Source: Octopus bimaculoides (Eukaryota). Taken from it: a stretch of 64,000 bases of DNA. Below the pieces are notes generated by a model. It had not been told where the DNA came from, did no database searches, and was given only the letters and a program-made list of their open reading frames with translations. Shown piece after piece: positions 26,801 through 40,365 of the stretch; the first letter of the stretch is position 1; every line of letters begins with the position of its first letter. The DNA lies in the NCBI RefSeq assembly GCF_001194135.2, contig NC_068981.1, positions 76,602,606 through 76,666,605 of the forward strand, given 5' to 3'. A program made the translations under genes and the position numbers.

Positions 26801-27070
26801 TATCTGAACGACATTAAACCATAGTGTATAATTCTTATTTTCCAGGTAGTATTGTTGTATCAGTTACTTTCCTCTAAATGCTTTTATGAAAGTGTGTCAT
26901 TTATATGTAAATGAGTACAAAACAAATTAAGTCTAATGCTTTAATGTAGCATCAAATCTAATCCGGTTAAAATTCATTATATAATGTAATACAATGTGTT
27001 CATATAAAAAAGAAGTATATGAGTACAAGGTACACTTATATTAGTAGGAAACCAGCGTGGATGTATACTA

Positions 27071-27268
27071 AAGGCGGTGAGCTGGCAGAATCAGTGGTAC
27101 ACTCAGGAAAATACTGAATGTCTATCTTTCCTCTCTGAGTTTTAATGCCACCCAGGGCGGTTTTAATTGTCTTGATTTCGGGGTCGATAAAATAAGTACC
27201 AGGTGAACTCTGAAGTTGATGTAATCGACCTACCCCCTCACCGAAATTGCTAACCTTGTGCAAAAATT
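27071..27268 (+). mobile_element. tRNA-headed SINE, family A
   Basis: GGCGGTGAGCTGGCAGAATC head; TTTCGGGGTCGATAAAATAAGTACCAG core. Confidence 0.8.
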
Positions 27269-27918
27269 GTATAATTGATGTGGCTCTCCCTACAAGACTG
27301 ATCTCAGCAATTTCGGTGAAGGGGTAGGTCGCTTACATCGCGAACTCTGATGGAAGCCTTGCATTTAACTCGTAATCATATTTGAATTACTGTGCATATA
27401 TCATAATTATATTCGTCTTTTTATGATTTTTTTTTTCAATTATCTCCCTTCTTTCACATTTAAATTGTCAACAAAATATAATCAGTAACTATTCTGAGAT
27501 TGTTCCTTATTTCAGTCATTGCGTAATTCCTGGAAGCCAGTCCGTAAGGTAACCTCATTTCAAGTAAAGAGTCATTTTTAACTGACAATTGTATTCAATA
27601 GCGTTAAACGAATTTAAAGTTAGTTGCCTGAAAATGAGAATTTAATTTAATATCTTGTGAGTTTAAGAAAATCCTATTCACTTAAACTGTCGTTTATCAC
27701 GCATTCTAATTTAATATTTCTATACATTGATTCATGAGGTGCACATGACATTATACATACCTTTATTCACAAATATACACATACATGCATGTATGTGGGG
27801 GTGTACATATACACACATGGTTACATCTATAGATATGTGCGTATGTATGTGTGTATGTACGTATGTATGTATATATACATGTGTATATATGTGTATGTAA
27901 ATAAATGTGTGTGTATAT

Positions 27919-27955
<37 letters not shown>

Positions 27956-28625
27956 NNNNNNNNNNNNNNNNNNNNNNNNNNNNNNNNNNNNNNNNNNNNN
28001 NNNNNNNNNNNNNNNNNNNNNNNNNNNNNNNNNNNNNNNNNNNNNNNNNNNNNNNNNNNNNNNNNNNNNNNNNNNNNNNNNNNNNNNNNNNNNNNNNNNN
28101 NNNNNNNNNNNNNNNNNNNNNNNNNNNNNNNNNNNNNNNNNNNNNNNNNNNNNNNNNNNNNNNNNNNNNNNNNNNNNNNNNNNNNNNNNNNNNNNNNATA
28201 TATATATATATATATATAACAGTCGTTGCAATGCATTGCAATGCCTACTTATCAGTTATTTGGTTTATACATTTTATGTAGGTCTTATCCCACCATCCTA
28301 ATTTTTAACACATTATTTTGTAATATTGCAGTGTCTTATTACTTTATCTTTAAGGAGAGGATACGTTTCATTGGATGCAGTTTTGATCTACACTAATTAA
28401 CACATCGTTAATATCATTACGAACACGCTTTCATTATTTGCAAACCTTTTCATTCTCTCTGTATCACCGTTTCTCTCCCTCCATCGTTCTCTCGTTCCCT
28501 CTGTGTGTTTGTGTGTATGTTTGTTTGTGTGTTTATTTGTGTGTGTGTATGTGTGTGTGCGTGTGCGCGTGGGCGCCTAAATGTATTGCTATTTGCGTTG
28601 CTTATGCGTGTAAAGATAGTTGGAC

Positions 28626-28667
<42 letters not shown>
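28626..28667. repeat. (GATA)n microsatellite
   Basis: Directly visible. Confidence 0.95.
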
Positions 28668-28668
<1 letters not shown>

Positions 28669-29518
28669 CACATAGTCGTAAATCATGAAATAAATCATAA
28701 GATGCGCCAAGGACATAGTGACATGCATAAACTGATCATGATCACAAGAACCTAACATGTATATTTTATAGCTATTGATTGCAATATATTGCAAAATGCA
28801 TTTCGAGAACTTACCAACCCATACTCACACAAACACACAGGCAATCGCAAACACAAACACACACGCACAAACGCACAGACGCACAAACGCGCGCACGCAC
28901 AAAAGCGCGCACGCACGCACATACATACATATATACATGTGTATCTCATTTACGCTGGTTTCTCATCATTGACGCTCAGTGGTCACGTACCGCTACTGAT
29001 CATGCTTTCCCTATTTACAAGACTCGTTTCTCGTTATCTTTTCTCCACGTTCTGCATTAACCACTTAACCCAAACCGTCCATCCTAGAATATCATCCTAG
29101 TAGAAATATCTCATTGCTCATCTTTTTCTCGTAGCCATCAACTTGCAGTGGCCTAAAACGAACATTAACGTGTCTCTGAAGACATTCTACTGACAACACT
29201 TTCCTACAGACCAACTCATTCAGAAAAGCACGAGAGCTGCAAATTGTGACTCTATTAAAAGAATGCTTAAAAAGGTCAAATATTCATTCACCTTGAACAC
29301 CTTTAAGAGTCTAAACTGGCTGGTAGTCAATATGAAGATAATATATTTGAAAGGAGTATAACAACTATGATTCAGCTCCTATAAAACTTATCTAACAACG
29401 GCTCAAGAATTTTTACAACTGAAGTGTGCATATTCTTTATTTTGTTGCCATATATATGCATATGAATATTGAAATTATGGAACAGAAGCAGCTCTATGAT
29501 ATAAATATCCTTTCTACA

Positions 29519-29720
29519 TTAGGAACAAGGCCTGAAATTTTGGTAGAGCGGGTAATTCGATTATATCGACCCCAGTGTTTCACCGGTACTTAATTTATCG
29601 ATCCTGAAAGGATGAAAGGCAAAGTCGACCCAGGCGTCATTTAAACTCAGAATGTGAAGGGAGACGAAATACCGCTAAGCATTTCACCCGGTGTGCTAAC
29701 GATTCTTCCAGCTCCCCGCA
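29519..29720 (-). mobile_element. tRNA-headed SINE, family A
   Basis: Near full-length match to the other copies. Confidence 0.85.
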
Positions 29721-30178
29721 TTCTATGAACATAAAAATTACCAATGTCCCATACTTGACGTATGTATGTTATTTGAACACCAAAAGCTGCGGTTTTCCGT
29801 CCTGGAAAGAAATCCCTTTATAGACGTATTGTGTTAAAAAAAAACTATATACTTCAGAATTTTAGCAAAAGGAAATACCCACAAAAGTAATCCCGAGAAC
29901 GACAGAAATTGTATTTCTTCGTTACTGCGGTTTNNNNNNNNNNNNNNNNNNNNNNNNNNNNNNNNNNNNNNNNNNNNNNNNNNNNNNNNNNNNNNNNNNN
30001 NNNNNNNNNNNNNNNNNNNNNNNNNNNNNNNNNNNNNNNNNNNNNNNNNNNNNNNNNNNNNNNNNNNNNNNNNNNNNNNNNNNNNNNNNNNNNNNNNNNN
30101 NNNNNNNNNNNNNNNNNNNNNNNNNNNNNNNNNNNNNNNNNNNNNNNNNNNNNNNNNNNNNNNNNNNNNNNNNNNNNN

Positions 30179-30211
<33 letters not shown>

Positions 30212-30239
30212 GCTAGTTTAAACAAACAATCAATTCAAA

Positions 30240-30400
30240 AACACGAATAATAAAATTAACAAACAAGAGGGAGTGCGCAAGGAATATATTAGCTTCACAC
30301 TCGATGAGAAGAGAAAGTTTGACGTTTCTACCATAGCTCTTCACCGAAAAAGAGAAAGGGAAAAATCCAAAGAAAGAAAAACAATTGCCAATATCACGTA
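30240..30400 (-). mobile_element. decayed Penelope-like terminal repeat with degenerate hammerhead motif
   Basis: Minus strand TTTTTCGGTGAAGAGCTATGGTAGAAACGTCAAACTTTCTC resembles the 21.7 kb motif and its flank. Confidence 0.45.
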
Positions 30401-31089
30401 TATGGTTACATTTTATGTATGTAGATGTATATGTCTGTATGTGTACACACACATATTCACGTATGTGTGTACTCATACATACAGGAGTAGTACTTTGACA
30501 AATGAGCAGAATATGCATTACTGAATTGTCCGTTGCTTTCACCATTTAGTTTCAGATCTAAGGCACATTTCATTCTGTCTTTGCCATATTACATCAATAT
30601 TACTGATCAGATATTATGATCAACATATTGTATTTAGGTTACGTTGTGTATAGTAATTATATTCTTTTCTGATTTGAAACACTCCTAGGCATAGGTTTTG
30701 TCTAATAATTACTCAGATAAACTTAGCTGATCAAAAGCTTCCAGCTTCTATTAAATATGTGGGTATTTACTGTGTTTGTGTGGCTTACATGTACTTGAAT
30801 ATTTTGACTCAAACACCCCTTCAAACATAAATGTTGGTTCAGAAATCTGCCATGATTACACAACCAGAGCGAAAACGATCACTAACACATACCTCACGTG
30901 CGTGATTATGTGAAATACTGTGTAACGATACAGTTAATTCACCGAATAAATATATCCTCTAGTTAATTTATTGAATTCTGTTTTAATACCCTTGTATATA
31001 TTATTATATATGCATACATATGTACGAGGAAGTATAGACTGTGAGAGTGAGTGAAGAGAGAGAGAGAAAGAAAAGAGATTGGAAGATCA

Positions 31090-31135
<46 letters not shown>

Positions 31136-31541
31136 AGAGATGGAGAGAAAGAGGGAGAGAAAGATGCAAATATACGGACGTGTATCAGCCTGGGTATGCT
31201 TCAACTTCTGTTTATTATTACAAAAACATAAAACTTTTCAATATTGGAAATTTTATATTATTGATATCAACATATGTACATATGTACGTACATCAACAGT
31301 CACCCAGACAAGTTTCACTGTATAAAAATACAACTTTTCCTGCATATTACAAATGTCTATCATCACATCATCACATACCCCATAAATTGAATAGTATATA
31401 GATGTGTGCTTGCGTGTCTNNNNNNNNNNNNNNNNNNNTATATATATATACATATATATAAATATATGTATATATATATGTGTATATATACACTATACAT
31501 ACATATATACACTTAAATATATGCATAAATATATTAACACG

Positions 31542-31573
<32 letters not shown>

Positions 31574-32936
31574 TTATGTATGTATGCATGTACGTGAGTG
31601 CATGTAAGTATGTATACAATGTTTCCAATATATATGTCATTATAAAGAGTATGCACATTCCTGTACAATATTCCTATTCAAGGTTTATAATAAAAATTTC
31701 AATTCCACCGTTCATAAAGTTAACTTATATTACGTATTATATTTTATTATATTTTCTTTTCATGGCCTTCATTCAGACCTTAATTTATATTTCAATATTT
31801 CGTGGCATTATATTTCAATTTTACATTATAGGCATTTTATTTCCGATCACACAACTACACGAAATGGTGATATATACTTGAGTTATCTATTTTATGATGT
31901 TTTTAGTATTTATCTGTATTTTTATACTTTTTTCTTTGTCATTTATATATGTATATATATATATAAATATANNNNNNNNNNNNNNNNNNNNNNNNNNNNN
32001 NNNNNNNNNNNNNNNNNNNNNNNNNNNNNNNNNNNNNNNNNNNNNNNNNNNNNNNNNNNNNNNNNNNNNNNNNNNNNNNNNNNNNNNNNNNNNNNNNNNN
32101 NNNNNNNNNNNNNNNNNNNNNNNNNNNNNNNNNNNNNNNNNNNNNNNNNNNNNNNNNNNNNNNNNNNNNNNNNNNNNNNNNNNNNNNNNNNNNNNNNNNN
32201 NNNNNNNNNNNNNNNNNNNNNNNNNNNNNNNNNNNNNNNNNNNNNNNNNNNNNNNNNNNNNNNNNNNNNNNNNNNNNNNNNNNNNNNNNNNNNNNNNNNN
32301 NNNNNNNNNNNNNNNNNNNNNNNNNNNNNNNNNNNNNNNNNNNNNNNNNNNNNNNNNNNNNNNNNNNNNNNNNNNNNNNNNNNNNNNNNNNNNNNNNNNN
32401 NNNNNNNNNNNNNNNNNNNNNNNNNNNNNNNNNNNNNNNNNNNNNNNNNNNNNNNNNNNNNNNNNNNNNNNNNNNNNNNNNNNNNNNNNNNNNNNNNNNN
32501 NNNNNNNNNNNNNNNNNNNNNNNNNNNNNNNNNNNNNNNNNNNNNNNNNNNNNNNNNNNNNNNNNNNNNNNNNNNNNNNNNNNNNNNNNNNNNNNNNNNN
32601 NNNNNNNNNNNNNNNNNNNNNNNNNNNNNNNNNNNNNNNNNNNNNNNNNNNNNNNNNNNNNNNNNNNNNNNNNNNNNNNNNNNNNNNNNNNNNNNNNNNN
32701 NNNNNNNNNNNNNNNNNNNNNNNNNNNNNNNNNNNNNNNNNNNNNNNNNNNNNNNNNNNNNNNNNNNNNNNNNNNNNNNNNNNNNNNNNNNNNNNNNNNN
32801 NNNNNNNNNNNNNNNNNNNNNNNNNNNNNNNNNNNNNNNNNNNNNNNNNNNNNNNNNNNNNNNNNNNNNNNNNNNNNNNNNNNNNNNNNNNNNNNNNNNN
32901 NNNNNNNNNNNNATATATATATATATATATATATAT

Positions 32937-33802
32937 CCGCCCACTACAAAAATCGAACTCAGGACACATAGCAACATTAATTCACAATTATTTTACGTCA
33001 TCTGGTTCAGCTCTCTTTAATACCATACCAAAATACGTCAAAACGGAAACGGATCCCCTAAAATTCAAAAGTTCACTGGACGAATTTCTTTAAAAAGTCC
33101 AGTACAAACATCCTACACCCGGATATGTCTCCAACAATAATAATTCTTTTCTAGAGTGGGCCATGGGGCCCCGTATATGACTAAAAGACTTCCGGTGGTA
33201 TTATAAAGTTAGAGGTGGCCAGGGCATATACTGGCTGAAACCTATCAAAGATGCAGTACCAGGCACTGGTTCTCGTGGCTTCTGATTTTAACTGATTGGA
33301 AGTGTTATCATGTATACGTTTATTTTATTAAAAAAAAAGGATGGGTAACAGCAAATATTCTGCTCAATACTACAGATTTGCTTGTCAGTTGTTTGAATTT
33401 ATCCAGTTAAGCATATCCCTAGGTGGCTGACGATATATGCATCTCTGATCACGAGTAGAAGTAGTTGGGTGGGCATCATAGCCACGTGTTGAGAGAAATT
33501 CTTTGGGGTTCCCTTTGGAAACATGGGTGTTTTGTCAAACATCCTTAAACACCCCTTATTCAGGGACTTTTTGAGCGGGATGGGCTACTCGATCTGAAGA
33601 AAATTCTAACTGGGCCCCACCTGCAAGGTCATGCGCTGTTTATCTTGATATGAGGTCACCATATCACGCAAATTTGGTTGTGATACATGTGCCTGGTGTA
33701 CCCTAATCAGACGGGTAGTCATGATAGGTATACTGGGCTTCGTATATTTTATCCCAGTGTCACTTTGATGGTACTTTGATGACATGCACTGCTCTCTCAC
33801 GC
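32937..33802 (+). mobile_element. CR1/L2-group LINE 3' end (ORF2 C-terminus plus probable long 3'UTR)
   Basis: GSALFNTIPKYVK...FKSSLDEFL...PGY resembles CR1-group C-termini; the non-coding continuation ends in (AAT)n. Assigning 33240-33802 to the same element is inference. Confidence 0.6.

Positions 33803-33886
<84 letters not shown>
33803..33886 (+). repeat. (AAT)28 microsatellite / LINE tail
   Basis: Directly visible. Confidence 0.95.
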
Positions 33887-33887
<1 letters not shown>

Positions 33888-35697
33888 GTCACAAACGACA
33901 CAAAAACTTGTCAATAGCCTGGATAGACTATAAAAAAGCTTTTGATAGCCTGCTACATAGCTGGATTAAGAAATGTTTGGAAATGTATAGAATAGCACCT
34001 ACTCTGCGAAACCTCTTGTCTGTAAGTATGAGATCATGGAGAACCACACTGACTTTGAACAGTGACAATGAATCTCTTAATGCTGGAGATGTAAGAATTT
34101 CATGCGGCATTTTCCAGGGTGTCACTCTATCACCACTCCTCTTTTGTCTAGCCTTGATACAACGCTCGAAATTACTCAATGATGTACAATACGGTTATAA
34201 GATGTTTGACAAAAAGATAAATCGTCTCATTTATGTGGTTGATTTAAAGCTCTTTGCAAAAAATGACCAACAACTACAGGGTTTACTAGCAATTGTTCAA
34301 CAATTCAGAGATGACATCAGGATTCAATATGGCCTCGATAAATGTGAAAATAATAGTCACAAAAGCTACCTTTAGGAATAATGGCAGAAACATCCAATGT
34401 TAATCTTGACCAGCAGAATGTCATAAAGGAATTAGAACCAGCGGAGAGCTACAAATACCTAGGGGTATTTGAAGGGGACGGAATCAAACATTCAGTGATG
34501 AGGGAAAGGATCAGAAGAGAATGTTATTTCAAGGCAAAGCTGAATGCAAGAAACAGGATCGAAGCGATCAATAGTTTAACCATGCCAGTCGTAACTTACA
34601 GTTTTAATATCATCAACTGGTCTATAACTGAAATATGTAATCTTGACAGAAAAATACGAAAATTGTTGACAATGCATACAATGCACCACCATAAGGCAGA
34701 TATAGAGCGACTCTGTCTGCCAAGAAAAGAGGGAGGACGTGAACTTTTACAACTAGAATTAACAATGAAGATTGCCACAATCGGCCTAGACACCTATCTG
34801 AAAAACTCTGAGGACTAGATGTTAAAACTTGTCTCACAGCAAAGGAATATCTAAGTGAATTCCAAATGCCACAAATTCCAGAATTAGACGTACTAGAAAG
34901 ATGCACAGGAAAAGCTAAGCGTATGAAAATCCGTGCTAAAACTGCTACCTTAGATATTCTTAATGATAAATGATAAGAAAAACCTCTCAATGACAAAAAC
35001 TCAAAGAGAGATAATAGTGCCGATGTTGACAAAGTCCTTATCCATCAATGGTTAGTGGCTTCTGGCTTAAAATCACCAACAGAAGGATTTATCATAACAG
35101 CCTAAGATCAATGCCTAACTCCAAGAAACTACCAGGCCAAAATATTAAAGAACGGCAGCTGCCCAATATGTCGTGTATGTCAACAACAAAATGAAACCAT
35201 TGATCATGTTGTCTCCATGTGCAGTCTTCTTGCGCCTACAGAGTATCTCAACAGGCATGATAGAGCAGCACAATATATTCACTGGGTAATTTGCAAAAGC
35301 CTGGACCTGTCCCATGATAAAAACTGGTGGGGACACAAATCACCTACATTACTTAAAAATGATCGCATCTCACTACTCTCGAACTTCACCACTGAAACTG
35401 ACAGAAAGATATATGCGAATAGGCCTGACATATTGAAAGACTTCAGACAAAAATCATGCCTCCTCATTGATATGACTGTCCCAATCGAAATAAACGTATC
35501 TTTCAAGACCTATCAAAAACTGAGGACGTATAAAGATCTTGAAATAGAAATTGGCAAAATATGGAACCACAAGACTAAAACAATACCTGTTGTCATAGGC
35601 GCCCTAGGAACGATAGCAAAAGGGGATGATTGCTACCCAGCTCAGATACCAGGAAACCCTAAAATAGCAGAAATTCAAAAGATACTGTTTCATGGTA
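33887..35697 (+). mobile_element. Dong/R4-clade non-LTR retrotransposon, 5'-truncated and decayed (RT, CCHC, RLE)
   Basis: AWIDYKKAFDS, GIFQGVTLSPLLF, YVVDLKLFAKND, RLCLPRKEGGR, CRVC-x7-H-x4-C and RPDIL..LLIDMTVP..K..YKDL; 3' end in gap. Confidence 0.92.
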
Positions 35698-36684
35698 NNN
35701 NNNNNNNNNNNNNNNNNNNNNNNNNNNNNNNNNNNNNNNNNNNNNNNNNNNNNNNNNNNNNNNNNNNNNNNNNNNNNNNNNNNNNNNNNNNNNNNNNNNN
35801 NNNNNNNNNNNNNNNNNNNNNNNNNNNNNNNNNNNNNNNNNNNNNNNNNNNNNNNNNNNNNNNNNNNNNNNNNNNNNNNNNNNNNNNNNNNNNNNNNNNN
35901 NNNNNNNNNNNNNNNNNNNNNNNNNNNNNNNNNNNNNNNNNNNNNNNNNNNNNNNNNNNNNNNNNNNNNNNNNNNNNNNNNNNNNNNNNNNNNNNNNNNN
36001 NNNNNNNNNNNNNNNNNNNNNNNNNNNNNNNNNNNNNNNNNNNNNNNNNNNNNNNNNNNNNNNNNNNNNNNNNNNNNNNNNNNNNNNNNNNNNNNNNNNN
36101 NNNNNNNNNNNNNNNNNNNNNNNNNNNNNNNNNNNNNNNNNNNNNNNNNNNNNNNNNNNNNNNNNNNNNNNNNNNNNNNNNNNNNNNNNNNNNNNNNNNN
36201 NNNNNNNNNNNNNNNNNNNNNNNNNNNNNNNNNNNNNNNNNNNNNNNNNNNNNNNNNNNNNNNNNNNNNNNNNNNNNNNNNNNNNNNNNNNNNNNNNNNN
36301 NNNNNNNNNNNNNNNNNNNNNNNNNNNNNNNNNNNNNNNNNNNNNNNNNNNNNNNNNNNNNNNNNNNNNNNNNNNNNNNNNNNNNNNNNNNNNNNNNNNN
36401 NNNNNNNNNNNNNNNNNNNNNNNNNNNNNNNNNNNNNNNNNNNNNNNNNNNNNNNNNNNNNNNNNNNNNNNNNNNNNNNNNNNNNNNNNNNNNNNNNNNN
36501 NNNNNNNNNNNNNNNNNNNNNNNNNNNNNNNNNNNNNNNNNNNNNNNNNNNNNNNNNNNNNNNNNNNNNNNNNNNNNNNNNNNNNNNNNNNNNNNNNNNN
36601 NNNNNNNNNNNNNNNNNNNNNNNNNNNNNNNNNNNNNNNNNNNNNNNNNNNNNNNNNNNNNNNNNNNNNNNNNNNNNNNNNNNN

Positions 36685-36742
<58 letters not shown>

Positions 36743-37298
36743 TATATATATGTATGTATATATATATGTGTGTATATATAAATAAAAACATACATACTTG
36801 CATACAAATGGATTTACAAACACACTCACATACACACACACGCACACACACATACACACGCGCACACACACACACACACACGTACAAGCACATATTTATA
36901 TACACAAACAGACATGTAATTTTCTTCTCATGCTATCTTCCTGTATCTGTGTTTTTCTAGCGTAATCATATACACCCTGTTTTCCTGACTGTTTGTTTCC
37001 TCCTCCTCCGCGCCAGCTCTCCTCTACTTTCATTTTTGCTACTCTTACTTTTTCTTCTGTTCTTTTTTGTGATTCAGTTTGTCAGCAAGTTTACTCTACT
37101 CTCTCATGCATACATACGTACCTACGTACTTACGTAAATATGTATGTCTGTATATATGTATGTATGTATGTATGGATGGATGGATGGATGGATGGATGGA
37201 TGGATGCATGCATGCATGCATGTATGCATGTATATGTGTAAATATTTATACACAAAAAATATATACATAAAGATAGATGTGTTGTATCTATCTATCGA

Positions 37299-37336
<38 letters not shown>

Positions 37337-38628
37337 GTGCGTATGAGCATGTGCATGCATGTGTGTGCGCGTGTGTGCGTGTGTGCGTGTGTACGTGTAT
37401 GCACATATGTATATATTTATATATGCATATAGTAGTGTATGCATTATTGTTATGTATATGAAAATCCACTTATTCTGTATTATGATTATCTTCAGCATTC
37501 TTATAAATTCTCTTTCTCCACTTCTTACTTCATTTTCTCTTAAACTTCACTAACCATCACCACCTGATCCCATCTGATCCATGTCATGTAACTAAAGAAA
37601 GGCTTGAAAAACTTTTAAGGTGAGTGAAGGGAACTAACTCAAGTGAGTTAATAGCATGAATTTAAATAATTTTTCAGATGCTGAAGCATTAAATTTCAAT
37701 AAGTCTCTGTGAACTGAGACTTGTACTTCTTAGAAAAATAAAAAATTAAAATTTAAAACACACACACACACACATGCGATTTTCAGAGAGATAAAGAGAA
37801 ATAATTTCATGTAATTAAGAATTAATTTCACAGAAAATCGAATTTTCGTACTTACGAGAAAATACATGGATATTATTAGCTTAAAGTTAACGGCTTGCTC
37901 ATGTTTCTCTTTTATTAAACCTGAATCACAGACATCTGAATTTGATTAGTAATCAGATAATTTTTTGTGAAGTATATTTCGTAATGACGCAAACTATACT
38001 AGCCAAAATTCTTCACGACTCTTTCTCTACTTGTAAAAATCACTATGCATAAAGCAAACCAAGCTTGAAAAGACTATTCTTCATTGATGTGACGTCATCT
38101 GTGTCTGCGATCTTGCTGGTTAACAAAGATCAGAGACTTCCCACTTCAAGCATGAAAAATCAGTTTTCTGCAAAATTAATTTTTTAAATAATACGTTCAA
38201 TTTAGCACAACATGGAGATCAACACAAGACTCAAACATTGATACAACTAGCAGAGTACTAAACGTGAGGTTATACTTTATTAAGTATAGTGCATTACATT
38301 TCTAACTTTAATAATTCTTTCTTGGAACCGAGTTGTTAATGTTTATCTTCCCATAATAATATGTACATCAGCAGACCACTACTCTGGAGCCAGTACATAT
38401 TTTGTACCGGAATGAACACTTCGTTCCCCAACTCGGAAGATTCATGGCATATCAGGATTAATAAGTATGTGAATCGCATATCAGGTAACATCTTTATGCT
38501 GACTTCCCACTCTTTATAAGTTTTCTGTATTAAAGTTCATTTAAGGTTACACGCAAAAAAAAAAAAAACAAGTAAATAAGGACATTATTTACATTTGGCG
38601 AATATTTGTCCTCATCTTCTTTGTAGTT

Positions 38629-38674
38629 AACACAACGTTTCGGCTGATATACCTTCCAGCCTTTATCAGGTGTC
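38629..38674 (-). ncRNA. minimal type-I hammerhead-like motif with G8A lesion
   Basis: GACAC-CUGAUAA-A-GGCUG(GAAGGUAUAU)CAGCC-GAA-ACGU-U-GUGUU. Confidence 0.6.
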
Positions 38675-38689
38675 TTGAGGAAATTTCGA

Positions 38690-38806
38690 TGTTGTTGTTG
38701 TTATTATTATTGATATAATTATTATTATTCAGTCCACTGCCTGGAATCGAACTCGGAATTTTGGGGTTAGTAGCCCGCGCTCTTAATCACTATGCCATAT
38801 GCCCGT
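38690..38806 (-). mobile_element. short tRNA-derived SINE with (AAT/AAC)n tail
   Basis: A box TGGCATAGTGATTAA, B box GAGTTCGATTCC, simple-repeat tail. Confidence 0.75.
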
Positions 38807-39916
38807 GTACATAATTCCTCATCTCTTTAATATAGAACTATACAAGAAAATAAAGAGTTTTGCTTCATGCATACAAGTAGAATATTTTACTACATTAAAA
38901 GTAATTTACATCTCACTACTTAAAAATACAAGAAAACAGATGAACATGGGAAGATAAAACTAATATCTTAGGTGTGGTGGAATGTGTTTGATTATTTATG
39001 ACACTGCGTGTGAGATTGTACATTTTATTGGTCTCAAAGAAAAACAGCAAGTTTTAAAACCAGAATCTTAAGAGAAGCAACAAAATAGTACAATGCGTTT
39101 TGTCTGATGCAGTCAATATATTACCCGCCGCAGGAATAGGTAAATCATAAAATAAAATATGTGTCTACTTCTATTCCAGGAGTAATTACTACTTGTAACA
39201 TCTAGCCTTTGCTACTTAACACTGCCAAATGATTTGAGGCAACATCATTAGGGGTTCGAAACCATTTCAAACGTTTATTTGACGTCTGATGATTAGTAAA
39301 ACAATATTGTCCATATCGTTTTTACACTGTAATTTGTCGTTGTTTAGTCTTGTTATGCAACTTATAATTGATAGTGTTTTCCCCGTCTCACTGTGCAAAT
39401 ATTTATCGAAAGATTTTTCTCATTTAACTTCTTTCTGCTTGATTTACAAGTTGGTTTGGTCTTTCCGTTTCTTCTGTGCACCTCTGTCGTTTATGCATGT
39501 GTATCTGTGCGTGTGTGTACGTGTGCGTTTGCCAAAGAGTATGTGTATGTGTATGTGGTGTGTATGTGTGCACATGTATGCATATGTGCATTTATGTTTG
39601 TGCACGTTATATATATATATATATATATGTNNNNNNNNNNNNNNNNNNNNNNNNNNNNNNNNNNNNNNNNNNNNNNNNNNNNNNNNNNNNNNNNNNNNNN
39701 NNNNNNNNNNNNNNNNNNNNNNNNNNNNNNNNNNNNNNNNNNNNNNNNNNNNNNNNNNNNNNNNNNNNNNNNNNNNNNNNNNNNNNNNNNNNNNNNNNNN
39801 NNNNNNNNNNNNNNNNNNNNNNNNNNNNNNNNNNNNNNNNNNNNNNNNNNNNNNNNNNNNNNNNNNNNNNNNNNNNNNNNNNNNNNNNNNNNNNNNNNNN
39901 NNNNNNNNNNNNNNNN

Positions 39917-39970
<54 letters not shown>

Positions 39971-40365
39971 CATATATAGAGAAATAGATCATTATTTCAA
40001 TATTTACTTAACTATGAATATTAATTGATATTCACACAGTTCTCCATTAGTTTAATATTTTGTTACTGATGACATATTAATGATTAGTTTGTTTGTAACT
40101 GCTTAAGACATTTCTGTGTCAATGACAGTCTTTGCCGATCAAATTAGGCCAAAATACTGTCGTTTGCAATTTAGCTAGAAAAGTCATGGAATTTAAACCA
40201 ATAAAATAAGAAGCACCTCAGTACTACAATACATTTAACTATACTCCACATATGCGGTGTAGTGTTATTCGTTGTAAATTCAAAATTATATATAGAAATA
40301 TCATTATTTCTAAATCTATCAAAGAGAGACATTCAGTGACAGTTCTTAAAATAAAGGCAATTTAC

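Larger units (their letters stand above)
38581..38839 (-). mobile_element. Penelope-like terminal repeat with hammerhead motif, inverted 33-nt tail and nested SINE
   Basis: Homologous to 13108-13207; the tail 38807-38839 is the reverse complement of 13108-13140 (32/33). Confidence 0.7.

Noticed and set aside
38730-38804. Functional tRNA gene
   Set aside because: Poor acceptor and anticodon stem pairing and a simple-repeat tail indicate a SINE.
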